From contig OZ245842.1 in the NCBI GenBank assembly GCA_965228895.1, positions 2,560,001 through 2,624,000 on the forward strand: a stretch of 64,000 bases of DNA, given 5' to 3'. Positions 12,255-20,789 of this stretch are shown one piece after another. A program made the translations under genes and the position numbers. The notes below the pieces were generated by a model that was not told the origin of the DNA, ran no database searches, and worked only from the letters and a program-made list of their open reading frames with translations. Position 1 is the first letter of the stretch; each line of letters starts with the position of its first letter. Origin of the DNA: Alphaproteobacteria bacterium. Lineage in GTDB: Bacteria > Pseudomonadota > Alphaproteobacteria > SP197.

Positions 12255-13133
12255 ATGAGTCCGGGAACACCCAGACCCAACGTCGAGGTATCGCCGGATG
12301 ACCGGCGAACGCCACGCGAGGCCTACTGGGAAGACGGCATCACGAGATTAGAAGGCGTTCTCGACCGGGACGTTCTCGCCCGGTGCCGCGATGCCTTCGA
12401 CTGGAGCCTCAGCAACCCCGGCGCGTTCACGAAAACGATCTACGAGGGTACCGAACACGAGCACTGGGCCGACAACGTCAACCCAGCCGCGCGCGAGCGG
12501 TGCCGGCAACTGGTGACGGCGCCAGTCTTCGCCGAGGTCGTTGGTGGCATCCTGGACTCACAACACGTCTGGTATTCGGCCGAGGAGATCTTTCTGAAGC
12601 GTGGCGCTTCCGTTGGCCGTACGCCCTGGCATCAGGACACGTCCTATGCGCCCTATGGCGGCAAGCAGTGGTGTAATCTCTGGATCAGTTTTGAGCCTCT
12701 GCCGGCACACAACGCAATCGAGGTCGTGCGCGGCTCGCATCTCGGGCCGCAGTATGACGGCAGTTCCTATGACGACCCGGACGCCCCCGCGAAACCGCTC
12801 CATGGCGGCGATTGGACACCGCTGCCCGATATCGAGGGCGAGCGCACCGCCGACCCCAGCTCCTGGGATGTCGTCTCCTATCCGTCTGAGCCAGGCGACG
12901 TCATCGTCTTCCACCCGCACGCGCTCCACGGCGGCGCGCCGTTGGATGCCGACTGCACCGAACGCCACACCCTGGTGCTCCGCTTCTTCGGCGACGACGC
13001 CTTCTACCGCCCCCTACCCCCGGGCAGCCACAGCATCTGGGACGACGATGCCGACGCCAACGTCCGCGAGGACTTCGAGGGGCTTGAACCCGGCGACCCG
13101 CTGAGCAGGGGTGGGTTCCTGCAGATCAGATAG
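12255..13133 (+). CDS. PhyH-family Fe(II)/2-oxoglutarate dioxygenase
   Basis: TPWHQD, PGDVIVFH..LHGG motifs; GGAGGAG RBS. Confidence 0.88.
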   Translation: MSPGTPRPNVEVSPDDRRTPREAYWEDGITRLEGVLDRDVLARCRDAFDWSLSNPGAFTKTIYEGTEHEHWADNVNPAARERCRQLVTAPVFAEVVGGILDSQHVWYSAEEIFLKRGASVGRTPWHQDTSYAPYGGKQWCNLWISFEPLPAHNAIEVVRGSHLGPQYDGSSYDDPDAPAKPLHGGDWTPLPDIEGERTADPSSWDVVSYPSEPGDVIVFHPHALHGGAPLDADCTERHTLVLRFFGDDAFYRPLPPGSHSIWDDDADANVREDFEGLEPGDPLSRGGFLQIR

Positions 13134-13189
13134 CTGCTTCGCGCACCAGAGAGCGCGACTCTGTTGATCGAGGTAGGACTTGGCAGGGC

Positions 13190-13444
13190 CTATGATAACC
13201 CAATCGAAGTGAACTGGTGCGCGCAATGATGGCGGCGCTCCTGCAAGGTCGGACCATGGTGTTTTCGCTGGTTGCCGCACATCCAGCATGAGCACATTTT
13301 GGGCTGTTCTTTGAACCGCGCCATGGCTTTGGGATCGCTCCAGCAGGAACAATCAAGGTCGTCGTAATGCTGGTTGCGGTCTTCCTTCAGGCGGCGGCGC
13401 ATATGACGCTGGGCCTGGTGTCGGCGAAAGGCACGGTTGCGCAT
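13190..13444 (-). CDS. Small basic Cys-motif hypothetical protein
   Basis: CSCW...CSCWMCGNQRK; AAGGAAG RBS; outside the prophage, next to the displaced tRNA end. Confidence 0.6.
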   Translation of the reverse strand: MRNRAFRRHQAQRHMRRRLKEDRNQHYDDLDCSCWSDPKAMARFKEQPKMCSCWMCGNQRKHHGPTLQERRHHCAHQFTSIGLS

Positions 13445-13534
13445 CAGGCTTCCTTAGAGTCAAGACTTCGGTGGCGTCAGTGCCGGCCGAGGCGCGCCTT
13501 CCCGTGGTCATCGTGCAGAAGCTAAGGAAAACCC

Positions 13535-13580
13535 TGGCATCCCCTAGGGGAATCGAACCCCTGTCTCCACCGTGAAAGGG
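13535..13580 (-). repeat. Prophage attachment site: 46-bp duplicate of the 3' part of tRNA-Glu
   Basis: tggcatcccctaggggaatcgaacccctgtctccaccgtgaaaggg identical to 56873-56918. Confidence 0.97.
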
Positions 13581-13679
13581 ACGGTTCTTCGGGAGAAAAC
13601 TGCGACTTTTCAGAAGGAATGGGCTACCGTGAAATGAGGCAAACTGCGGGTTTCTGAGAGGCATTTTGAAGGAATAGCG

Positions 13680-13817
13680 ATGTCAAGGGGCTTCCGCATA
13701 ACCGCCTCTCTCGCCTTCATCCTCACGCTGGGTGGGGTTATGGCGTTGGGCGACTTGTTCTGGGAGCCGCTGGTGGCTTTGGTGTTTTTGTTGGTGGCGA
13801 TATGGGTGGCGGATTAG
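13680..13817 (+). CDS. 45-aa two-TM membrane peptide (not in ORF track)
   Basis: MSRGFRITASLAFILTLGGVMALGDLFWEPLVALVFLLVAIWVAD; GAAGGA RBS. Confidence 0.55.
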   Translation: MSRGFRITASLAFILTLGGVMALGDLFWEPLVALVFLLVAIWVAD

Positions 13818-14008
13818 CCAGACGGCTCCTCGTACTCCACCACCAGAACACCGCCCAGAATCGTCTCGCAGTCCGGGTTGGCGCATTGGATATCGCCGGT
13901 ATCCCACAGGGTGAAGAAGATGCTGTCACACTCCGGGCAGGCATAACGGGAGGGCTCTGGGACGGCGGGTTTGGCGGGGCGGAACTCAATAACCTTGTCG
14001 TCACTCAC
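13814..14008 (-). CDS. Small zinc-ribbon protein
   Basis: CPEC...CANPDC; last gene of late operon. Confidence 0.6.
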   Translation of the reverse strand: MSDDKVIEFRPAKPAVPEPSRYACPECDSIFFTLWDTGDIQCANPDCETILGGVLVVEYEEPSG

Positions 14009-14249
14009 CGCAATTCTCGTCGATGAAGTCGTTGTTATCTTTGATCTGCTTGGCCGTGTTCCAGGTCAGTATGTCGCCGGGGAAGGCGAACAGGTCCACA
14101 CCATTGAGCGCCATTTCCTTATAGGTGTCACTGCCGACAACAAGGCGCTCCTCTGTTACTTTGACACGCTTGAGCCCGACACAAGAGTCGGTCGGGACAC
14201 GAACCGCGCTACAGCCCGCGCTCAAGATCGTTAGGAGTAAGATCGGCAT
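14001..14249 (-). CDS. Putative o-spanin (Rz1-like) lipoprotein
   Basis: MPILLLTILSAGC lipobox; overlaps 3' end of i-spanin-like gene in another frame. Confidence 0.6.
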   Translation of the reverse strand: MPILLLTILSAGCSAVRVPTDSCVGLKRVKVTEERLVVGSDTYKEMALNGVDLFAFPGDILTWNTAKQIKDNNDFIDENCGE

Positions 14250-14424
14250 TACGGCTTTCGATATCCGCACGATTTCGCTCCTTCTTAAGCTCGGCCTCCA
14301 GGCCCTCATTCCGGGCCTCCATTCGTCCGACTTTCCGCTGGCGGCTGTCCCACAAAAACTTAAGGACAAAGCCAACAACGGTGATGACACCGGACGCAAG
14401 GCCCAGGTACTCAACGAGGCCCAT
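14209..14424 (-). CDS. Putative i-spanin (Rz-like)
   Basis: One N-terminal TM then charged helical segment; overlapped by lipoprotein gene. Confidence 0.6.
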   Translation of the reverse strand: MGLVEYLGLASGVITVVGFVLKFLWDSRQRKVGRMEARNEGLEAELKKERNRADIESRNADLTPNDLERGL

Positions 14425-14597
14425 TACTCAGTGTTGGGAACAGCCCAGACGCCGATGGCCGTGAGGATCGGGATGGCAAACGACATGATCTGGTCTGCCG
14501 TCACACCAACCTCGAAGCCAGCGAAGTCTTTGAGGCCGATAAGGATGACGCCGATGATGGCGACGATGAACTTGTTGTAGCGGGATAAGCCACTCAT
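14424..14597 (-). CDS. Putative holin, 57 aa (not in ORF track)
   Basis: MSGLSRYNKFIVAIIGVILIGLKDFAGFEVGVTADQIMSFAIPILTAIGVWAVPNTE; two hydrophobic segments; TAATG coupling to next gene. Confidence 0.7.
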   Translation of the reverse strand: MSGLSRYNKFIVAIIGVILIGLKDFAGFEVGVTADQIMSFAIPILTAIGVWAVPNTE

Positions 14598-14600
14598 AAC

Positions 14601-14753
14601 TCACTCCTGTGTTGTGAAGAAAAGGCGCTCTTGTTCGTCACGCCATTCGTCGCGCTGCTTTTGCTCGGCAGCGGTTAGTTCTCGGTTTTCAAGGAAGGCT
14701 GTTCTGTCCAGGGCCTTGATGAGCTTGGACAGTTCGTAGGTTCTATCCGTCAT
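14601..14753 (-). CDS. 50-aa hypothetical protein (not in ORF track)
   Basis: MTDRTYELSKLIKALDRTAF...FTTQE; fills the gap in a coupled operon. Confidence 0.5.
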   Translation of the reverse strand: MTDRTYELSKLIKALDRTAFLENRELTAAEQKQRDEWRDEQERLFFTTQE

Positions 14754-15075
14754 CTGGGCCGTACGTTGTCTTGGCAAGGAACTCTATCTGCCACTGACTG
14801 AGAGCCTTCAGCAGATCGGCAAGAAACCTGTCGTCCACCTTGTATGCCGCCCTGCCCCCATACCCCTGAACGTTGAAGCTGAGCGTGTAGCCGTCGTTGG
14901 CCTTGTTCAGCGCAGGGCCAGTGGTTTTGCCGCCTGTCTCTACCAAGGCGCGCTCCTCGTCATTTATGGGTTGGAAACGCCCGCACAGAAGGCCAAGCGT
15001 TCGGATGTGATGTAGAGCGTCCAGGTAGCTTTGCTTGCCGTCCTGGAGAGCTTCAGACTTCGATAAGACCGCCAC
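14743..15075 (-). CDS. Hypothetical protein
   Basis: ORF track; in late operon; no motif recognised. Confidence 0.55.
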   Translation of the reverse strand: MAVLSKSEALQDGKQSYLDALHHIRTLGLLCGRFQPINDEERALVETGGKTTGPALNKANDGYTLSFNVQGYGGRAAYKVDDRFLADLLKALSQWQIEFLAKTTYGPDDG

Positions 15076-16009
15076 GAAACTCGGCCAGGCCAGGCTCGAT
15101 GACGTGGCAGAACTCCGGCCACATCAGCCTTCCCTGACGGAAGGTGAGCACCACGAAACCAGAGCGCCAATTTCTGGGGCCGTCCTCCAAATAGAGGAAC
15201 TGCTCACTGTAGGGCTCGGCCATCGTCCCGGTGTCGATACCGAAGCGAGTTCCCAGCAAGTCAGAGAACGGAGTGGCGCCCAAATTGTGAAGGTGGCCGG
15301 TTACCGTGTGCGTTCCGGCGTTGACGGTATTGTTGTGGCGAGCATGAACGCCGCCACGTATCCGATGCTTCACCACGACAGGAAGCACGTCCATGCCGTC
15401 GTTTATCCAGACACTCCAGCAGGGCTGCCAGTTGCCCTCGAAATGATCTTGCAGGTGAACCCCGTGCACCCTCGCGTACTCAGGAGCAACGTGGGCTATC
15501 TTGGACTCGAATCTGGCGTCGTGGTTTCCCAGAGGCCAGAACCGCTCTGCATTGGGTGCAGCTCTCTCCAGTTCTTTGAGTCTCGCTTGTGCTGCGAGTA
15601 TCTCGTCATGAACGGTTGGCTGGCTCTCCCACCCAATAGGCAAGTGGCGGGATATTTGGCCGAAGTCGAGAACGTCGCCGTTGGCGATAACAACCTTGGG
15701 ACGGAGTTTCTTGGCTAGCTTGCAAAAAGCCTTATGGGCTGTTGAAGGTTCTCCAGGCCAATAGTGGTGATCAGATCCGATCATCACGATGCCGTCGTAA
15801 ACCTTGGTGTAGAGCCTCCCTGGAAACAGTGGTTTGACGGGGGCGTTCTTGAAGTTGGGGCCAACGATGGTGATGCCCCGCCTCTTTTCTATCCTCCGTA
15901 GACGACTGTGGACGTTGCGTATGTTTTGGCCCAACTCATCGGCTGTGCCTTGGGGGCCTTTCGTCCGGCACAGCTCTATGAACTCGTCCTCGGGACACTT
16001 GGGGCGCAT
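15053..16009 (-). CDS. Calcineurin-like metallophosphoesterase with N-terminal HTH-like segment
   Basis: SDHH, NGDVLD, GNHD, KH, GHLH metal-binding motifs. Confidence 0.88.
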   Translation of the reverse strand: MRPKCPEDEFIELCRTKGPQGTADELGQNIRNVHSRLRRIEKRRGITIVGPNFKNAPVKPLFPGRLYTKVYDGIVMIGSDHHYWPGEPSTAHKAFCKLAKKLRPKVVIANGDVLDFGQISRHLPIGWESQPTVHDEILAAQARLKELERAAPNAERFWPLGNHDARFESKIAHVAPEYARVHGVHLQDHFEGNWQPCWSVWINDGMDVLPVVVKHRIRGGVHARHNNTVNAGTHTVTGHLHNLGATPFSDLLGTRFGIDTGTMAEPYSEQFLYLEDGPRNWRSGFVVLTFRQGRLMWPEFCHVIEPGLAEFRGGLIEV

Positions 16010-16030
16010 TCATCGCGTTCCCTCGCTGTT

Positions 16031-16348
16031 TCAGGGGGTAAGGCTGTCCAGGCGGAACTGGATAACCTCCACGTGTCGCTCTACTTCGTTCATTCTCGAT
16101 AGGAGCGGCGGGTGGCCGCCACTGACAGCGTGGTCCTCAAGTTCTTCAGTGTTGTGTTGAACAACCGTTCTGAACTCGGCTATCGCTATTTCCACGTCGC
16201 GGAGGCGAACCTCAACGTCGCGTTGGGCGTCATAAACGGCGCCCACCCCAGCGGAGACAACAATTAGCAAGCCACTGACAACGGCCTTGCCAATAACCTG
16301 GACGATGGGGTTTTGCTCAACCCTCTTGGCTGTCTCTTCGACTGTCAT
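16031..16348 (-). CDS. Single-TM coiled-coil protein
   Basis: MTVEETAK...VVSGLLIVVSAGVGAVY followed by heptad-like segment; TGATG coupling. Confidence 0.6.
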   Translation of the reverse strand: MTVEETAKRVEQNPIVQVIGKAVVSGLLIVVSAGVGAVYDAQRDVEVRLRDVEIAIAEFRTVVQHNTEELEDHAVSGGHPPLLSRMNEVERHVEVIQFRLDSLTP

Positions 16349-16662
16349 CAAATGTCTACCTGTGGTCCAAACATCATCAAGTCGTATGCCTCTTGGCGGC
16401 TCATCTCCAAGATCGTCAGAAGGCACCCGCGACGGAATATGAAGACAACAACGTTGCTCATTCCTGACACCGGACGCTCAAACACCATCGCTTGATCACC
16501 CGGCACCATTGGGTTGGGGATGTCTCTTAAGGAAACGGAAACCGTCAGCCCGTAGAGAACGGGGACTTGAGCCGCCACCTCATCGGGACGCGTGCATTCC
16601 TGGGCAACCGCGTTGGACACAAAAAAAGCCGCAAACGCGGCTGCCAGCAGGATATGCTTCAT
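16348..16662 (-). CDS. Secreted/periplasmic hypothetical protein
   Basis: Signal peptide MKHILLAAAFAAFFVSNAVA; Cys pair. Confidence 0.65.
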   Translation of the reverse strand: MKHILLAAAFAAFFVSNAVAQECTRPDEVAAQVPVLYGLTVSVSLRDIPNPMVPGDQAMVFERPVSGMSNVVVFIFRRGCLLTILEMSRQEAYDLMMFGPQVDI

Positions 16663-16664
16663 GG

Positions 16665-17153
16665 TTACACGCCGAGTCTGCCCGGCCCGCTCACCTCTTC
16701 GCTCGGTGTCGTCTCAGGCAAGTCCAAAGGCTGGACGTTCTGGATGTAGTCGGAAACAAAGCTCTCCATCTTGTCCATGATGGACTCGAACCGGAAGCTG
16801 TCGAACTCGACAAGGCCGGTAGAAACACGGGCGCTCTGCGAGTTGACGAGCTCAAACCACAGGGTGTGGAAGTCCCGCACGAGGTCGTTGATGGCCTCGT
16901 TCTCGACGCGCTCATGATCGGCCCAGTCTGGAAGGTTCTCAGCCGTGGGTGTCCACTCGGGCAAATCCAACTGCGGCTGTGCCATCACCCAGGCGTGGAA
17001 CTGTCTGAGAGAGCCGAAATACGAAACGACACGGGCCACGTCGAACTCCGACATGTCCGCGACAGAGTTTGAACGTGCCTTGTGAACCTCGTCTGCATAG
17101 CGCGCAATGCGGCGGCAGAGCGAGGCAACGTCTTGGTTGTAAACTTCAGCCAT
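16665..17153 (-). CDS. Hypothetical protein made of two ~80-aa helical repeats
   Basis: ...EFDVAR...QPQLDLPEWTP and ...EFDSFR...QPLDLPETTP; AGGAG RBS. Confidence 0.7.
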   Translation of the reverse strand: MAEVYNQDVASLCRRIARYADEVHKARSNSVADMSEFDVARVVSYFGSLRQFHAWVMAQPQLDLPEWTPTAENLPDWADHERVENEAINDLVRDFHTLWFELVNSQSARVSTGLVEFDSFRFESIMDKMESFVSDYIQNVQPLDLPETTPSEEVSGPGRLGV

Positions 17154-17202
17154 TTACTGCGCTCCTAAGTGTTTGTCTCAGTTGTCCGGTGAGACGTTCC
17201 GG

Positions 17203-18225
17203 TTACTCGTAACTGATGTTCATTGAGCCGTTGTCGAAGGTGTCGGCGCTGACAGATGTCAGGCGAATCCTGTCTAGCTCTCCTGAGAGAGCCTTGGAGC
17301 CGGAGACATAAGCACCGATGGTGGAGTCGTCGGCGGTGATAACACCGCTGCACACCCACAAGTTCGTTGAAGAGTTCAGCAATTCCAGGTGAACCATGCC
17401 CGTCAATTCTGTGGTAGCGGTTTGGGAGTTCAGGAGGATGAAGCCCGAGCTATGCGCGACACCCGACGCCTGGTTGCCCGCAAGGTTGCTGCCGCCATAG
17501 CCGGTTGTTTCAACGCCCCCGCTGTCGCCAAGCTGAAGGATGATGTCCGACGAGCCGTTGATGCTGACGTTCTGCAACATCACCTTGATGCGCTGTGTCC
17601 CGGCAGGGATGGACGTGAAGTCTATCGTCGTGCCGGAGGTGGTGTTCTGAGGCGTGGCGAGCGTGATACCAAACGTCGGCAAGTCCTGCATGGTCGGGGT
17701 GTTGCCCGCACCGTTCGAAGTCAGAACCTGGCCCGAGGTGCCCTCATCGATATCGGTGATACCAAGCGCAAACCAGTTGCTGCCGTCAGTGGATACGACG
17801 ACACCCTGCTGATCTGCAAGAGTCAGCGTGGTTTCGCCATTGATAGTCTCGGAGGCATTGCCATCAAGCGTGATGTCCGAGCCGCCGTCGTTTATCACCA
17901 TGAACACGAACGGTGCACCAACCGTACCTGCCGCTGGCGTGGTAATTGTGATGCTGCCAGCAGTGGCGCGGATCAGCTTGCCCTGGTCGCTGGATTGAAC
18001 TGTGTAGTTGACGCCCGTCGCCGTGACACCCGCGCCGCCAATGACTTTCCCAAAGGCCGAGGTGATGGCTGTCCAGGTGGCTTCCAACGCTGACTTGATG
18101 GGGTCTGCCAGCTTTGTCTTGTGCTTGGACCACGTGACAGTGTTGTCAGCGCCAGACGTGCCGTCATCGGGCGGGGGGCCGGAGTTGTAGCCCGATATTG
18201 ACGGTGGAGTGAAGGGGTTTGCCAT
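17203..18225 (-). CDS. Tail fibre / receptor-binding protein
   Basis: Gly/Thr-rich; GTSGQVLTSNGAG module, beta-rich C-terminal domain; follows ejection genes. Confidence 0.75.
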   Translation of the reverse strand: MANPFTPPSISGYNSGPPPDDGTSGADNTVTWSKHKTKLADPIKSALEATWTAITSAFGKVIGGAGVTATGVNYTVQSSDQGKLIRATAGSITITTPAAGTVGAPFVFMVINDGGSDITLDGNASETINGETTLTLADQQGVVVSTDGSNWFALGITDIDEGTSGQVLTSNGAGNTPTMQDLPTFGITLATPQNTTSGTTIDFTSIPAGTQRIKVMLQNVSINGSSDIILQLGDSGGVETTGYGGSNLAGNQASGVAHSSGFILLNSQTATTELTGMVHLELLNSSTNLWVCSGVITADDSTIGAYVSGSKALSGELDRIRLTSVSADTFDNGSMNISYE

Positions 18226-18407
18226 GCGTACCTCAACGAAAAAGGGCGGGCCTTCCGAGTCGAACAAGTAGACTCAACATTTGACTAATGCTTGCGGGTT
18301 TCCCACCATCCACTAACAACAGTGGAGAAGCCCATGGTCGATAATGACGAAACAGTCGTTCCGCTTTCCAAACACCAACCGCACACTCTCTCGACGAGAA
18401 AAGCGTC

Positions 18408-18587
18408 ATGACAGATGCAGAATTGCGCTTAGGCTGTCTGAAGTTGGCTATGGATAGTATTGACAAAGACACGATGGCAACCGAGCGGCTAGCTGCTCGA
18501 CCGCGCGTTATAGAGAGGGCTCTTGAGCTCTACGCCTTCTGCTTGGAGGGGCCCCCGGGGGAAACAGAGATGACACGTAGACGCTAG
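18408..18587 (+). CDS. 59-aa moron protein (not in ORF track)
   Basis: MTDAELRLGCLKLAMDSID...IERALELYAFCLEG; ATGA-coupled to a 25-aa ORF at 18334. Confidence 0.5.
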   Translation: MTDAELRLGCLKLAMDSIDKDTMATERLAARPRVIERALELYAFCLEGPPGETEMTRRR

Positions 18588-18643
18588 AAAACCCGGCCCC
18601 AATTCCAATGGCGTAGAGCGCGTAACAAGCCTATCTCCGCGCT

Positions 18644-18874
18644 ATGGAATGGTTGTCTGATGTTTGGGGTTGGGTTTCGCGAAATGACTTCGCGCTGGGC
18701 TTCATATTGGTGGCGGCGGTGGCGCTTGGCTCGTTAAGGCGTCAGCAAACCCATGAGGCCAGGGTAGAATTTGCGCTTAGTGTTATTGCTGGCGTTCTCT
18801 TCCTCATTGCGTACCTGCTTCTCCAGAACCACCTAGCGAGTTTCGGAGACTATCCATCTGGCTTTCTAGATTAG
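18644..18874 (+). CDS. Two-TM moron protein, candidate superinfection exclusion
   Basis: Two hydrophobic helices; counter-oriented between ejection gene and tail fibre. Confidence 0.55.
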   Translation: MEWLSDVWGWVSRNDFALGFILVAAVALGSLRRQQTHEARVEFALSVIAGVLFLIAYLLLQNHLASFGDYPSGFLD

Positions 18875-20789
18875 GGCCCGCCTGATTGGGCAAGCCCTCC
18901 TGCTGGAGGATCAACAAAAGCTGGTTTGCCACAGGGGCTATTGCGGGTTCCTGAGACGCGATTGCGTTCAGCTCTGCCGCATGGCGCACCCATGCTTGAC
19001 TGCCGATGGCCGTTGTTGGGGCGTTAGCCATCCACCTGACGAGGCGCGGTGACATCATCAATTTCGCCGCGACGGCGCTGCCTGCAACGGTTGCGCCAGC
19101 AGTCATAAACTGCTCCAGACCCACCATTAGCCCAAGGGTGCTGTAAACACCTATTCTAGCAGTGCCGCTGACATTCATCAGGCGTTCGGTTTGACGCAAG
19201 CGCGTCACCACATCCGCCAGGTTGTCTAGCTCATCCAGCAGCCCCTCGCGGCCGCCAAAAAGAACCTGCTTCCCGTCATCGGACAGCCGGTTAAAGTTTG
19301 TCATGAATGACGTAACGCTGAAATTCGCGTCAGCCAGTCTATCGACGTTTGCAGCGGTCGGGCGGCCCAACTCCCTGATGACGGCGGAGGCAACCTCGGC
19401 CCACTCATCATCAGGGATGGCCTCACGCAGTGCTTGAAGTTCCCGAATGTTCGCGGAACCCTTATCCCCCGCACGCCGTAGCAGCAGATCGAACGTTGCC
19501 TCGCCAGAGGCGTCTAGCTTAAGCAGCTTGCCGAGTGTAGTGCGTATTGTCTCGGCCCCCTCGCGATAGAAATCATCCGCTTGCTGAACGGCCTGAACCG
19601 CGTCAGGACCCACCTCTTTCGCGGCCTCCATAAGATCGTCAGACAGCGCCCCATACAGCTTTTTGAGGGCTTCGCTGTCTAGGCTCTCACCAAGAAGTAT
19701 TTCCGGTTTGCGAAGCAGCCTGCCCACCTCTGTACGAAACAGCCGCAAGTCATTGTATGATAGCGTGCCGCCGCTCTCTCTGATCAGATTGGCCCAACGT
19801 TGGAAGCGCGGCGATGTAAACTCCTCCCCCAGTTCAGCGAGATCGAACTTTTGCGCCGATCCCGCCAAGGCGTTCATCGCCTCATCAACGCGAACCGTCT
19901 CTGTCCCGTCGAAGAAACCGTCAACCCTCTGGAGCATGGCGTTGGATTTTAGAAGAAACCCCTCGCCTTCCGCCGCCACAAGATCGCGCACGGGCGTCTT
20001 GATGATCTCGGTTATTCTGTCAGCGGACAGGGAGATATCAGCCTGGACATTGCCCACGAACCGCTCAGCACCTCGTATGAGAGCCTCTCCACCCGCAAGT
20101 CTCGTTGAGGCAGTCCCGGTCGCAGCAGCAATACGTTCGGCTGACGCTGCGGCCTGAGTGCCCGAGCGCGTCAGGCCGGATTGAATGATGTCCGCACTAC
20201 CAGGCACCTCCCGCAGTGTGTTGGTGAGAGTCTGCGATGTCCGACCCTGGAACACAGCCGGGACAGTCGGCGATACCCCAGCTTGGTCCAGTTGGTTGAT
20301 AGCTACCTGCGATGGGCGAAGATTCGTCACCCCACTCGGGATCTTTGTAACGGGGCTCGTCAAGCCACCTAATGCAAACAGCCGGGCAGCCGCCATCAAA
20401 TCTTCGTCTGTCTCCGGGTTGCGAGCGTAGACCGTGGGCTTGCCGGTGTTGGGGTCCAAGAGAATGACGTGCTTCTCGGGGTCTACGTCCACCCACTGCC
20501 CACTTGATGACACAGCGATGGGCCCGAAGTCGGCCTCTTGGAGTTGCCCTACAATTTCGTAGTTAGGCTTGCCGGTGATCTGGTTGACGACTGGCGATGT
20601 GCCCTGGAACGCACCAAGAAACTCGTTCGCAAAACCCGTAGCAACTGCGCCGGAACCACTTAACGCTTGGCCCTCTGCCACAGCCGCGTCTTGCTCGTTC
20701 GTAACAACGCGCCCCGTCGTTTGCGGGAGTGTCTGCCCGCCCTCAAGCGACGAGCGAAGGCTTGCTAGTTGCTCCTCAAGGGACGACAT
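18804..20789 (-). CDS. Internal virion / DNA ejection protein (largest)
   Basis: Ala-rich helical 661 aa; third of three genes after the tail nozzle, as in P22 genes 7-20-16. Confidence 0.7.
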   Translation of the reverse strand: MSSLEEQLASLRSSLEGGQTLPQTTGRVVTNEQDAAVAEGQALSGSGAVATGFANEFLGAFQGTSPVVNQITGKPNYEIVGQLQEADFGPIAVSSSGQWVDVDPEKHVILLDPNTGKPTVYARNPETDEDLMAAARLFALGGLTSPVTKIPSGVTNLRPSQVAINQLDQAGVSPTVPAVFQGRTSQTLTNTLREVPGSADIIQSGLTRSGTQAAASAERIAAATGTASTRLAGGEALIRGAERFVGNVQADISLSADRITEIIKTPVRDLVAAEGEGFLLKSNAMLQRVDGFFDGTETVRVDEAMNALAGSAQKFDLAELGEEFTSPRFQRWANLIRESGGTLSYNDLRLFRTEVGRLLRKPEILLGESLDSEALKKLYGALSDDLMEAAKEVGPDAVQAVQQADDFYREGAETIRTTLGKLLKLDASGEATFDLLLRRAGDKGSANIRELQALREAIPDDEWAEVASAVIRELGRPTAANVDRLADANFSVTSFMTNFNRLSDDGKQVLFGGREGLLDELDNLADVVTRLRQTERLMNVSGTARIGVYSTLGLMVGLEQFMTAGATVAGSAVAAKLMMSPRLVRWMANAPTTAIGSQAWVRHAAELNAIASQEPAIAPVANQLLLILQQEGLPNQAGPNLESQMDSLRNSLGGSGEAGTQ

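Noticed and set aside
13535-13580. Second tRNA-Glu gene
   Set aside because: Only the 3' 46 nt are present; it is the att duplication
18294-18304. GCGGGTTTCCC as a sixth CI operator
   Set aside because: One base shorter with a mismatch versus the consensus; could be chance
18240-18335. Phage tRNA (GTTCGACTC resembles a T-loop)
   Set aside because: No proper T-stem or 7-nt anticodon loop, and no CCA
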